Positions 1 through 9,677 of a stretch of DNA of 64,000 nucleotides are shown here, piece after piece (position 1 is the first letter of the stretch; each line of letters opens with the position of its first letter). A program made the position numbers and the translations under genes. The stretch lies in the sequence record MW373745.1; one strand, given 5' to 3'. Under the pieces are notes generated by a model that saw nothing but the letters and a program-made list of their open reading frames with translations, was not told the DNA's origin and did not search any database.

Positions 1-143
1 AGTTCGATTCAATAGAGTTTAGACTTTGGTTCTAAACTTAAAAGCTTAAATTTTAAAATAATTTAAACTAGAGTTTTAGTTTTTAACATAAGATTCATAG
101 AACTTTAAGTTCAATTATAATATAATAAACAAAAAGGAGTTAT

Positions 144-920
144 ATGCTTGTTTCTCACGAAGTTCCGTTAAGTCTTTTAGAAAAATCAAGAACGTTTAAT
201 GATTATGATTATGCTTTAGTTCATTTATTTGAAATCTACCCAGAATACAAACAATTTTACATAGATTCATTAAAAAAGCGTAGAACAGTTTATTTAGATA
301 ATTCTTTATTTGAATTAGGAACATTATACGATCACGATAAGTTTGCTAAAGAAGCAAATGAATTAGGTTCTATCAATCCTAGTAATTTCTATTATATAGT
401 CCCTGATGCTTTAGGCAATGCTAGTGCAACAATACAATCTTTTAGAGACTTTTCTAAGTTTAGTATACCTGGTAAGAAAATAGGCGTTGTTCAAGGTAAT
501 ACTTTAGAAGAATTAACAGATTGCTTTAAGTTTATGAAAGAAAATGCAGATATGGTAGCTATTTGTTTTTCAGGAGACTACTTCTATGAATACGAAGGTG
601 ATACTAAAGAAGCTAAATTAACACAAGCAAGGATAGATTTTATAAAACATTTAGATAAATTAAATCTATTAAAAGATTCTAAAATACATTTATTGGGTTG
701 TCAAGTTCCTCAAGAATTTAAAAATTATAAGAACATTCCAGAGATTGTATCTTTAGATACTTCTAACCCAATTGTTCACGGTATATATAATGTAAGATAT
801 TCTAAAGATGGTTTAAGAACTAAAATAAGTACTAAATTAGTAGATCTTATAGATTATAAAGGTTCCGCCAATACTATTTTATTAAATATTATGGATTTTA
901 GAACTATTAATGGCCTTTGA
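144..920 (+). CDS. TGT-fold (DpdA/tRNA-guanine transglycosylase-like) protein, probable 7-deazaguanine transfer enzyme
   Basis: Motifs YLDNSLFELG, IVPD, IGVVQG, IHLLG and SLDTSNP resemble TGT/DpdA barrels; folE, queD and queC lie in the same window. Confidence 0.6.
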   Translation: MLVSHEVPLSLLEKSRTFNDYDYALVHLFEIYPEYKQFYIDSLKKRRTVYLDNSLFELGTLYDHDKFAKEANELGSINPSNFYYIVPDALGNASATIQSFRDFSKFSIPGKKIGVVQGNTLEELTDCFKFMKENADMVAICFSGDYFYEYEGDTKEAKLTQARIDFIKHLDKLNLLKDSKIHLLGCQVPQEFKNYKNIPEIVSLDTSNPIVHGIYNVRYSKDGLRTKISTKLVDLIDYKGSANTILLNIMDFRTINGL

Positions 921-961
921 TATGGTTTAAATAGCCAAAATTAGGTTTTAAAGGGGTTTAA

Positions 962-1504
962 ATGAAAATAGGATTTACAGGAGTTTCAGGTTCTGGAAAG
1001 ACGACTATAGCCAAATTATTAAAAGAACGATATAATTTGGATATTATTCCAGGGCCTGGAAGAAAATTAAAAGAATTGGGTTTTAATATAAATGAAGATG
1101 GTGATATGGAAACTCAAAAAGCAGCTTTGCAAATTCATATAGAAGATCTTAACAAAGATGGTATATACGAAAGAACAATATTAGATGCTGTAGTTTATAC
1201 TAAGTATTTAGTAGAGATTAAAAAATCAATACCTGATGTATTTTTAGATTTAGCTGAAATAGTTTCTATTGAATTAATGAAAAAATATGATATAGTTTTT
1301 TATATTAAACCAGAATTTGATTTAGTTCCGGATGGTGTCAGATCTACTGATTTAGAATTTAGAAATATTTGTAGTAATTACTACGATTACTATATAGATA
1401 CCTACGGTATTAATGTAGTTAATTTAAGTGGTTCTGTAGACGAAAGATTTAAAGCAGCTGTCAAAATTATCGACAAAAGATTTGAAAATTTAAGGAACTT
1501 TTAA
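962..1504 (+). CDS. P-loop nucleotide kinase-like protein (AAA_28/NadR-like)
   Basis: N-terminal Walker A GVSGSGKTT, ERTILD motif, DGVR lid region; follows the TGT-fold gene. Confidence 0.7.
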   Translation: MKIGFTGVSGSGKTTIAKLLKERYNLDIIPGPGRKLKELGFNINEDGDMETQKAALQIHIEDLNKDGIYERTILDAVVYTKYLVEIKKSIPDVFLDLAEIVSIELMKKYDIVFYIKPEFDLVPDGVRSTDLEFRNICSNYYDYYIDTYGINVVNLSGSVDERFKAAVKIIDKRFENLRNF

Positions 1505-1570
1505 GGATACTTAGTATATAATTATAAATATAAATAAATTAGATCTTTTAAATATCATTGTTAAACAGAT

Positions 1571-1627
1571 TTAGAATATAACCAAAATTGTGAGCATTTC
1601 GGATTTCCTGACAGAGAAAATCATCAT
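1571..1627 (-). CDS. Candidate 18-aa small ORF MMIFSVRKSEMLTILVIF
   Basis: Hand-translated; AAGGAG six nt before the ATG; 3' end lies inside a 23-bp inverted-repeat arm. Confidence 0.3.
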   Translation of the reverse strand: MMIFSVRKSEMLTILVIF

Positions 1628-1734
1628 AGTGTGCTCCTTTTTCTTTAGATTGCAATGTAACTTAATTGAAAGATTAAAAAATTTAAAAAGTTTAAAAATC
1701 TGAACAGAGAGATGCTCACAATTTTGGTTATATT
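1575..1734. repeat. Perfect 23-bp inverted repeat (1575-1597 / 1712-1734)
   Basis: aatataaccaaaattgtgagcat ... atgctcacaattttggttatatt. Confidence 0.9.
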
Positions 1735-1761
1735 TTAGTTTTAAATTCTAAACTTAGAATG

Positions 1762-1866
1762 TTAGAACTATAAAGACTTTTATGTGCAGAACATCATACA
1801 TACTTCTTATTTAATCGGGAATTTGTTAGTATAAACTTAGCACACCGGAAGTCTTTATAGTTCTAA
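1762..1866. repeat. Perfect 18-bp inverted repeat (1762-1779 / 1849-1866)
   Basis: ttagaactataaagactt ... aagtctttatagttctaa. Confidence 0.9.
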
Positions 1867-2058
1867 TCAATGTTCAGAATAGTCTCTACCTTGCTAAGAC
1901 ATATGTCGATAAGCGAACTGTGGATACTTCTATAATATTTTTATGAAGGACTGGGAGGTAGAACACTACCACAAACTCAAGACATTCTTTAGAACTCGTA
2001 TATCTTTTCTATCCTTATATTTTTGAAGGACCATTACTTGCTCCTATCAGAAGATTTC

Positions 2059-2090
2059 ACACTATAGTGTAAAGTTTAACACTATAGTGT
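2059..2090. promoter_or_regulatory. Tandem 12-bp palindromes ACACTATAGTGT, 20-bp period
   Basis: Copies at 2059-2070 and 2079-2090; motif recurs at four other intergenic loci. Confidence 0.6.
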
Positions 2091-2182
2091 CGTATTTTAA
2101 TTTTAGAACTTAAAATAATCTTAAACCATAAAAATCATCAAAATAATAAATAAAACAAAAGCAAAGGAATGGTTTAACAGTT

Positions 2183-2773
2183 ATGTCTAACAAAATTGAA
2201 GAAATTAAAAACGCACTAAAATCTGGTGCAAAAGCTACAAAATACCGTGTTAAACTTTCATTTCCAACAGAAGTGCAACATAAAATGGAATTACAAAGCT
2301 TGAACTGCTTAGCTAAAGCTACTAGTTTTCCAGGTGTAACTATTGGACAAATTGAAGTATTTAACCAAGGAAGAAAGCTTCCTATACCTGGTGATACTTC
2401 GTATGATACACAATGGACTGTGACATTTTATATGGATAATGCACACCAAACTCGTAAAGACTTCTTAAGTTGGATGAAAGCTTGTGATAACTTCCAAGCA
2501 AATACACATTCTGGTAATCCAGGAGGTTTATTTACAGAAGTTTCGGTTTGTCAATTAGATTCATTAGAAAATGAAGTTGCTGAATATACTTTAAGAAACT
2601 GCTGGCCAAGTGGTGTTGGTGAAATTAGTGTTGGTGCTGATCAATTAGATACATTACAAGAATGTGATATCACATTTAGCTTCTCAGATTGGATTATTTC
2701 TAATGGATCTGAATTTAATATGCCACAAGATGGTAAATCAGCTGCTACTAACGTAGTTTCTGTAGACCAATAA
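2183..2773 (+). CDS. Tail tube protein, T4 gp19-like
   Basis: gp19-like pattern (AKATSFPG, GRKLPIPGD, WTVTFY, WP..VGEI, ITFSFSDW); AATAAATA late-type promoter upstream. Confidence 0.75.
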   Translation: MSNKIEEIKNALKSGAKATKYRVKLSFPTEVQHKMELQSLNCLAKATSFPGVTIGQIEVFNQGRKLPIPGDTSYDTQWTVTFYMDNAHQTRKDFLSWMKACDNFQANTHSGNPGGLFTEVSVCQLDSLENEVAEYTLRNCWPSGVGEISVGADQLDTLQECDITFSFSDWIISNGSEFNMPQDGKSAATNVVSVDQ

Positions 2774-2780
2774 TTCTTAA

Positions 2781-2800
2781 GAGTCTGGAAATCCAGACTC
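2781..2800 (+). terminator. Stem-loop after tail tube gene
   Basis: gagtctgga-aa-tccagactc. Confidence 0.55.
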
Positions 2801-2825
2801 ATAAATACTTCAAAACAGTCAGAAA

Positions 2826-3326
2826 ATGGATAGTTTAAAGTTAGTTAAAAATCTTATTAAAACCAAATCGGTTGAAAAAGGACAAATTTTAAAACCTGGT
2901 AATTTAGTAATTTTTAAATATAATCCTAAAGATACCAGTGTTAAATATGATAGAACTCCATTGTGCCTGGTACTCAGAAAATCTAAATCTTATACCTTAG
3001 GTATAAATTTTCACTGGTGCCCGATACCAATGAGAAAAATGCTTTTAAATGCCATATTTCGACTAAATAAAAAGAATATTAAAGAGAATAAACCATTAGA
3101 TATAGATTGGTATAGAATTAAGCCTATGCTCAAAAAGTTTGGATTTTTTCCAATAATAAGACTTTATATTAATAGCAGAATATATAGAAGAGCAGTCAAA
3201 ATACCTAATGAAAATATGAAACAAATTATAGAAACTAAAACAGAAACTTTTATAGGTGTTTCTGCAGAAGCTTTGTATAAGAAAGCGCTTAGGGATTCAA
3301 AAGTTTCAAGTAAATCTAAAAAATGA
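2826..3326 (+). CDS. T4 gp2-like DNA end protector
   Basis: FKYNPK, YDRTPL and LGINFHW resemble the gp2 family. Confidence 0.6.
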   Translation: MDSLKLVKNLIKTKSVEKGQILKPGNLVIFKYNPKDTSVKYDRTPLCLVLRKSKSYTLGINFHWCPIPMRKMLLNAIFRLNKKNIKENKPLDIDWYRIKPMLKKFGFFPIIRLYINSRIYRRAVKIPNENMKQIIETKTETFIGVSAEALYKKALRDSKVSSKSKK

Positions 3327-3499
3327 AACATTTTTTAATTTAAAGCTTATAAGATTATAATATTATAATATCATAACATATAAACAATCTAAACTAAAGT
3401 TCAAAGCTTTTAAAACAACTAAAACTAAAGTTTAAATTTTTGTAATTTAAAACTCAAGGTTATTAAATCATAAATAAAATCAAAAGACAAAAGGCTCCA

Positions 3500-4951
3500 A
3501 TGAAAACTTATGTCGTTGATACCAACATCATTTTAGATGATGTAAATAATCTCTCACGTTTATACGATAGTGAAAATCGTATTATAATCCCCGAAACAGT
3601 TATTGATGAATTAGATGCTAAAAAATCATTATTCGATGAAGTTGGATACCAAGCCCGTAATTTTGCAAGACTTTTATCAAATCTTGATGTCATTGAACTT
3701 AATAAATTCAATGACTATACTGAGACAACACTGGGTGATTCTCTTTTAAAAGTAACTATTACTAGTAAAAAAGAATATAAACACGCAGATGAACCTATTA
3801 ATATTCTAAATGATAGAAAAATTATAGAAGTTGCTAAGTTATATCCAGATTGTATTTTTATAACATATGATAGTATGTGCAAGATAAGAGCTATATCTGA
3901 AGGGGTAAAAACTGAGACATTCGGTTTAAAAAAAGATTTTAATGAAGTTCCAGAGTTTTTTAAAGTTCTCGATGTTGAGAAATTACCAGAAAATCTTAGC
4001 AGCATTTTAAGTGTAGATCCAGATTATAAACACGAAAATTATAACTACTTAATACAGAGTAAAGATGGTAATAAAAAACTAGCAAGGATACAAAATCACA
4101 GAATTAATTACATAGACGAAAAACACTTGGAAAAACAAGATGTCAAACCTATTAATATCCGTCAAAAATATTTCGTGGATGCTATGCTAGATACTAATGT
4201 AGATTTACAAGTTGTTTCTGCAGTTTCAGGATCAGGTAAAAGCTTATTAGCTATTGCGACTGGTATCAGATTAGTTAAAGAAAAACAATATAGTAAAATT
4301 GTTTATATACGTAACTCAATTGAATCTTTAGATAAAGGTGAAGATATTGGATATCTTGCTGGAAATGACGAAAAGTTTGCGGTTTTTAATCACCCACTAT
4401 ATGATTCTTTAGAATATATTGTTAGAAAAAGACTTGAAAAATCTAATGATAATAAATCAAGAAAAGTTAAAATTGATAATTTAAAAATACAAGAAGGTAT
4501 TAAAGAAATTATTGAGTTATCTGGTATCGAAACTATGTGGATTGGTGCTTTGCGTGGTAGAACAATTTCGGATGCGTTTGTTATTGTGGATGAATCCCAA
4601 AATATCTCTACTAAGTCAATGAGCACCATATTAACAAGAGTTGACAAGGATTGTAAAGTTATAATAATTGGTTCAAACTCACAAATAGACAATCAATATA
4701 TTAATAAGTATAACAACGCTTTAACAGTTCTTCAAAATGCAGTTAAAAATCCTAGCATAATTAATACTTGGGGTGGTGAGTTAATTAATGTGGTTCGTGG
4801 ACCTATAACTGAGTTTGCTGAACAAATTTTTAATAAAGATTCAAAACAAGAACCAGAGACTATGAAATCTTTTGTAGATTCTGGTATTAGCACACTTGAA
4901 GTGAATACAAATACTGAGAACTTAGAAATAAAATTAGACTCTGCTAGCTAA
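3500..4951 (+). CDS. phoH: PIN-domain/PhoH-family ATPase
   Basis: N-terminal PIN (YVVDTNIILDD, VIDELD, NDRKI) plus Walker A AVSGSGKS, LRGRT and IVDESQN. Confidence 0.9.
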   Translation: MKTYVVDTNIILDDVNNLSRLYDSENRIIIPETVIDELDAKKSLFDEVGYQARNFARLLSNLDVIELNKFNDYTETTLGDSLLKVTITSKKEYKHADEPINILNDRKIIEVAKLYPDCIFITYDSMCKIRAISEGVKTETFGLKKDFNEVPEFFKVLDVEKLPENLSSILSVDPDYKHENYNYLIQSKDGNKKLARIQNHRINYIDEKHLEKQDVKPINIRQKYFVDAMLDTNVDLQVVSAVSGSGKSLLAIATGIRLVKEKQYSKIVYIRNSIESLDKGEDIGYLAGNDEKFAVFNHPLYDSLEYIVRKRLEKSNDNKSRKVKIDNLKIQEGIKEIIELSGIETMWIGALRGRTISDAFVIVDESQNISTKSMSTILTRVDKDCKVIIIGSNSQIDNQYINKYNNALTVLQNAVKNPSIINTWGGELINVVRGPITEFAEQIFNKDSKQEPETMKSFVDSGISTLEVNTNTENLEIKLDSAS

Positions 4952-5016
4952 TTTAATATTATTTTAAGTTTATTACTATATAATTACATTGATAAATTAA
5001 ATCAAAGGAGATTAAA

Positions 5017-5232
5017 ATGAAATTTGAAATGATGATAATTAACGCAGATGAGTTAAAAGGCGTTACAGCAGATGAAGCTTTTGTAATTTATGAAAACTTG
5101 TATAATACAGAGCAAGAAAAATTCATAAATAGTTTTTTAAAAAATACTGACAAGATAGAAATTGTAGAAAAAATACTAGAAAATTGTTCCAAAGAAGAAA
5201 AAGAAGAAATTAAAAAATTGTTAGAAGATTAA
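5017..5232 (+). CDS. Hypothetical acidic protein
   Basis: AAGGAG RBS and TATAAT promoter upstream. Confidence 0.65.
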   Translation: MKFEMMIINADELKGVTADEAFVIYENLYNTEQEKFINSFLKNTDKIEIVEKILENCSKEEKEEIKKLLED

Positions 5233-5412
5233 AAATGAAAATTGGTTTGATAAAGATGGAAAGAAGATTAAAAGATTTTGATTTTAGATTTAGTATATAG
5301 ATTATAATATTGGAAAGAAGTATATTAATACATAATTTGTAATAAATAAGTTTATTATAAGGTTAATCTGTTATAATTATGTATAAAATTAAACTATTAA
5401 AAAGGGTAACAA

Positions 5413-5922
5413 ATGACGTTTACGAAATTTATTAATGAAGCCATTATTAATGAAGCTGCTATTGATGATATGCTCAAGGAGATTAATGTAGCCAATAACA
5501 AATCAGGTCTGGCCTTCAAAAAAGATTATAAAGATATAGAATCGCTTGGGAAGAAAGCTTTAAAAATTCTACACAAGCTTGCTGATGGTCCGCATAGCAA
5601 CAAACAATATTATAAACTTTATAATGACTTACTGAACGAAGTATGGAATATAAATCAATATCTACTTAGCTATAAAGACAAGATGCCTTGGTATAGAGAG
5701 GAACTCCAATCACAAGAATTGAAAAGATACAAAGAAATCATCAAAGATTATATAGATGAAATCAAGCAAGCTATGAAAGAGTTAAAATCCGATTATGTTT
5801 CTGTTTCTCACATTAGTAATAGAAATCTGGAAGCTATCATAAAATCTATTATAGACGAATATAAAAGATTATATAAAATAGTTGAAAAAATGGCAAGACA
5901 AGCCAATAAAGCCAATAAGTAA
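5413..5922 (+). CDS. Hypothetical helical protein, possible internal head protein
   Basis: Open ORF; N-terminus MTFTKFINEA resembles T4 capsid-targeting leaders. Confidence 0.6.
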   Translation: MTFTKFINEAIINEAAIDDMLKEINVANNKSGLAFKKDYKDIESLGKKALKILHKLADGPHSNKQYYKLYNDLLNEVWNINQYLLSYKDKMPWYREELQSQELKRYKEIIKDYIDEIKQAMKELKSDYVSVSHISNRNLEAIIKSIIDEYKRLYKIVEKMARQANKANK

Positions 5923-6180
5923 AATTATTAGAAAATAAACTTATTGGAGAACTTTATCGTATTACAAGAGTAGGTTGCTTATGAAACGTTAAAAAATTAA
6001 AAGAATCGTTAGAAGGTAAAGATCAAGGAAAATATTTCTGTGAGATATTCAATAATAACGTTGATATCTTGGTTATTGATGGTGGTATGAAAAAACACGA
6101 AGCTATAGTTCAAGTTTTAGAAGATGTGAAGATGTTATACAGAAATGATTAAGTAAGAATTAAAAGTTTAAGGGTTCATA

Positions 6181-6465
6181 ATGCTATTAACACAATTGTG
6201 TATACCTATACCACCAATAAATTGCAATCTTAATAAAAATTCAGAGGATAGTTATATACTTACATTATCATATAAAAATAAAACTATTTTATTTAAACAA
6301 ATTGATATTGATATATTTAATAAACTATATAATAAAAATCATATAGCTTGCATATTAGCTGAATTAATAATATTTAAATATCAATTAAGTGATGAAGCTC
6401 TGAAGTTATATAGATTAGATGCGTTTATTGAATACTTAAAATTTAAATTAAAGGAGATTGATTGA
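6181..6465 (+). CDS. Hypothetical protein
   Basis: ORF overlaps the next gene's start. Confidence 0.55.
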   Translation: MLLTQLCIPIPPINCNLNKNSEDSYILTLSYKNKTILFKQIDIDIFNKLYNKNHIACILAELIIFKYQLSDEALKLYRLDAFIEYLKFKLKEID

Positions 6466-6944
6466 AATCTTATTTAGAAGACTACTTAGAATCTATCTAT
6501 GAAAACGAGGACAAAATTCCTAAATACAATGTAAATCAATATTTTAGATCAAGTGAAGAAATTGAATCTTTAGATATAGATTATGAAACTATTCTTATAG
6601 CTAAGGATATTTTGAGAAACCCAGATGCTTATACAGAAGAAGAAATAGATTTAGTTTTAAGTGGTATTTTTTATATTGCAAATAATTTAAATAAAATTTG
6701 TGAAATAATAAACACCTCAGAAACAAATTATCTCTTAGACACAGAACACTTAATTGATATGCTTATGTTAGGTGAAAATAGACTACAAAAATTAGACGAC
6801 GTTACTTTAAAATTTGCGTTGAATGCTATAGTGGGTGCTACTATCGATTTGGTAGATTCTTTGTTATTTGGTTTAGAAACTTTAGCTTCAATTAAAGCTG
6901 AGTCTAAAATTGAATCTAAGACTGAAGCTAAAACTAAAAATTAA
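6462..6944 (+). CDS. Hypothetical acidic protein
   Basis: AAGGAG before TTG start. Confidence 0.65.
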   Translation: MKSYLEDYLESIYENEDKIPKYNVNQYFRSSEEIESLDIDYETILIAKDILRNPDAYTEEEIDLVLSGIFYIANNLNKICEIINTSETNYLLDTEHLIDMLMLGENRLQKLDDVTLKFALNAIVGATIDLVDSLLFGLETLASIKAESKIESKTEAKTKN

Positions 6945-6999
6945 TTTTGTTTTAAGTAATTTTAATATATAATAATGTAAATCCATTCAAGGAATATTA

Positions 7000-7986
7000 A
7001 TGAAAACAGAAAAAGTTATTTTAGGTGTAGACATAGGTTACAGCTTTGTTAAAGTTTGTGTAGGCACTGGTGATGGTCAAATAATTAAAAAGTTTAAATT
7101 TCCAAGTGTTATAGGCCAAACCAAAAAACTTGAAGGTGTTCAAAATGATAATATAGTTCATTACAATGAACGTTATTATATGGTAGGTGAAGATGCCAAA
7201 CATTTACCAAGTTCTAATATCATAGATTTAGATACTTATAAGAATTTAGAATATTTTGGACCATTGTTATTGAATCACGCAGTGAAAATTGCTAAACTCA
7301 GTAAAGTAGATTTAATAGTTTCAGGATTAAGTATTGCAGAAATTAAACAATCTGGATATTTTCAAAATGTACTAAGTCATTTTGTGGTTGATGGTACTGA
7401 ATACAATTATAATGTAATGTTGTTACCTCAAGGAGCTGGAGCTAAGTTAAGTTATGAAAAATTCGGAAATGATTTTCCAAATCTTCAAAAAGAATACTTA
7501 GGTGATTCAACATATTGTATTGTGGATATTGGATTCAATACATTAGATTTAGTTCTTGTTAATAAAGGAGTTACTTCACCAGAATTATTCGAAGGAATTT
7601 CACAACACGGATTGATGAAAATAGCTTCGCAAGTTGCTAAATTAGTAAATGAAAAACACAACAGATCTATTTCATTGCCAGAGGCTAGAGAAATCTTAGA
7701 TACGGGTGTTTATAAACTAAGAGGCCAAAAATATGATTATACTAAAGAAATTGAAGGTATTAAAAAAGAATACTTAAGAGAAATTTTAGCATTAGTAAAT
7801 GAAAGATATAGCAATATATTGGATAAACTAGATTTCTTGGTTGTGCTAGGCGGTGGTGCACACATTTTCAAATCTTCAAGTGATGGTTATATTCGTTGTG
7901 TTATTAAAGATACTGAGTATTATAATGCTATTGGAGAATTTATATTTGGAACTAATAATATAGATTCTATTGAAGTGAATGATTAA
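7000..7986 (+). CDS. Actin-like ATPase, ParM/StbA family
   Basis: Phosphate-1 GVDIGYSFVK, connect LPQGAGA, phosphate-2 VDIGFNTLD, adenosine VLGGGA. Confidence 0.8.
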   Translation: MKTEKVILGVDIGYSFVKVCVGTGDGQIIKKFKFPSVIGQTKKLEGVQNDNIVHYNERYYMVGEDAKHLPSSNIIDLDTYKNLEYFGPLLLNHAVKIAKLSKVDLIVSGLSIAEIKQSGYFQNVLSHFVVDGTEYNYNVMLLPQGAGAKLSYEKFGNDFPNLQKEYLGDSTYCIVDIGFNTLDLVLVNKGVTSPELFEGISQHGLMKIASQVAKLVNEKHNRSISLPEAREILDTGVYKLRGQKYDYTKEIEGIKKEYLREILALVNERYSNILDKLDFLVVLGGGAHIFKSSSDGYIRCVIKDTEYYNAIGEFIFGTNNIDSIEVND

Positions 7987-8000
7987 GACAAGGAGATTTT

Positions 8001-8060
8001 ATGTTTAATATAAGTAAAACATTTGAATGTTGTTACGGCCATAGGGTTTGGAATCAATAG
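8001..8060 (+). pseudogene. 5' fragment of a second queD allele (MFNISKTFECCYGHRVWNQ*)
   Basis: AAGGAG RBS; peptide aligns with the start of the intact QueD at 8844 (KQFDFCMGHRVWTQ). Confidence 0.7.
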
Positions 8061-8070
8061 GATTATTTAA

Positions 8071-8804
8071 TTGAATAATTTAGATTTTGAAGAATTCAAA
8101 TTAAAATATAATTTTATTGATCAAGCTGATGAAGTATTTAAATCTTATGTATATGAAGTAACTTCAAATATTGATAATAAAAAATACATAGGATTTAGAA
8201 CTTCTAAACAAACTGATCTGATATCGGATTTTTGGAGTTACGGTTCTTCAAGCTGTAGAAAAATGATATTTTAAAAAATCCTGACAATTACAGTTTAAAA
8301 ATACTTAAAGTTTTTAACAACAGGTTAGAAGCACTTTATTACGAAGCTTTTCTACATAAAAAATTAAATGTGGTTATAAACGACGATTATTTTAATAGAG
8401 CTAATAGTGAATGTGAATGTGGGTATGCTGACGTTACTGGCACAGTTTCCGTTGTTGTAAAAAATACAGGTGAAAGAAAACGCGTAAACGTTTATAATAG
8501 AAAATTAGAGATTTATGAAAGTATATTCAACGATTCTTTAGAAAATTACCACGAGATAATAAATGAATCTTTGATTAAATGTATGTTAGACGGTAAAATT
8601 TTAAAATTACCATCATCTATATATAAAAAATTTAAAGAACAAAAACGTAATATTGAATACTTAGGTGCACCTAAAGGTGTAGTTCCAGTATTTGATACAT
8701 TAACTAATAAAAATACTAGAATACATAAGGATATCTTTTATGCTAATCGTGATAGATATATTGCGTTAAGTTCTAAGAAAATGCGAAATTTAAATAGAAA
8801 TTAA
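8071..8804 (+). pseudogene. Frameshifted GIY-YIG (Seg-like) homing endonuclease
   Basis: YVYEVTS..NKKYIG in one frame (8071-8274); the catalytic half (NDILKNPDNYSLKIL..EALYYEAFLH..YFNRAN) continues in the frame of ORF 8370-8804 after ~8260. Confidence 0.7.
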
Positions 8805-8843
8805 GATTTGTTATATTATAATAAAGAAAATTAAGGAGTAAAA

Positions 8844-9449
8844 ATGAAAACATTTAAATGGACTATAGACAAACAATTTGATTTTTGTATGGGTCACAGA
8901 GTTTGGACTCAAACATTAGATCCAAAATATAGTATCGATAGTATTTGTGCTTGCAGACATCATCATTCGCACAGTGGCGTAATAAAACTATTCTTAGGTT
9001 CAGATGAACTAATCAATAATATGGTTTTAGATTTCAAATTTTTAAATTGTTATAAAAAACTAGTTGATGAAGTTATTGATCATAAATTTGTTTGGGATTT
9101 TAATGATCCAGGTCATATCCACGAATTACCAGAATTATATTCAGAATCTTTAGATGGTTTAGATCCACAATATTTCGATACTCAAGAATATGGATATAAA
9201 ACTATTAAACAATCTGTTATTGATGAAATAAAATCTAAATACAACCAAACAAAACATAAAAATGCTATACAAGAAAAATTAGAAGGTTTTGTTTTCGTTG
9301 ATTTTTGTCCTACTAGTGAAAACTTATGTAAGTGGTGGTTAGAAATAGCTGAAAAAATGTTAAAAGATTTAGACGTCAATGTTGTAGCAGTTGAATATTG
9401 GGAAACACCAAAATCACATTGTAGATTTTTAAACCCTAAATTTTCATAA
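8844..9449 (+). CDS. queD: 6-carboxy-5,6,7,8-tetrahydropterin synthase
   Basis: CMGHRV, HHHSHS metal ligands, VLDF, DH, PTSENL and ETPKS motifs. Confidence 0.85.
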   Translation: MKTFKWTIDKQFDFCMGHRVWTQTLDPKYSIDSICACRHHHSHSGVIKLFLGSDELINNMVLDFKFLNCYKKLVDEVIDHKFVWDFNDPGHIHELPELYSESLDGLDPQYFDTQEYGYKTIKQSVIDEIKSKYNQTKHKNAIQEKLEGFVFVDFCPTSENLCKWWLEIAEKMLKDLDVNVVAVEYWETPKSHCRFLNPKFS

Positions 9450-9458
9450 TGTAAATTC

Positions 9459-9479
9459 AAGGAGCTTTTACAGCTCCTT
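9459..9479 (+). terminator. Stem-loop after queD
   Basis: aaggagct-tttac-agctcctt. Confidence 0.55.
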
Positions 9480-9542
9480 AATTAATTTTTAAGCTTTTTT
9501 TTATATAATAAAACAATTTTAGATTCTAGTTCTAAGCATACG

Positions 9543-9554
9543 ACACTTTAGTGT
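9543..9554. promoter_or_regulatory. Palindrome ACACTTTAGTGT
   Basis: Member of the ACACTWWAGTGT family. Confidence 0.5.
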
Positions 9555-9677
9555 TATATGTCTGGCTCTAAAATATAAAACTAGAATCTAAATACGGTTA
9601 TAACCACTCAAAAACACGGTTAAAATCGACTTTAATTTTTTTGTTATGTAAAAAAAAACATTTAAAGGAGTTTAAAA

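Noticed and set aside
5940-6152. Short broken reading frame after ORF 5413
   Set aside because: Possible gene remnant, but there is no clear start or recognisable homology to support a call
8001-8843. Group I intron interrupting queD
   Set aside because: The downstream queD has its own RBS and complete N-terminus, and no intron core elements were recognisable
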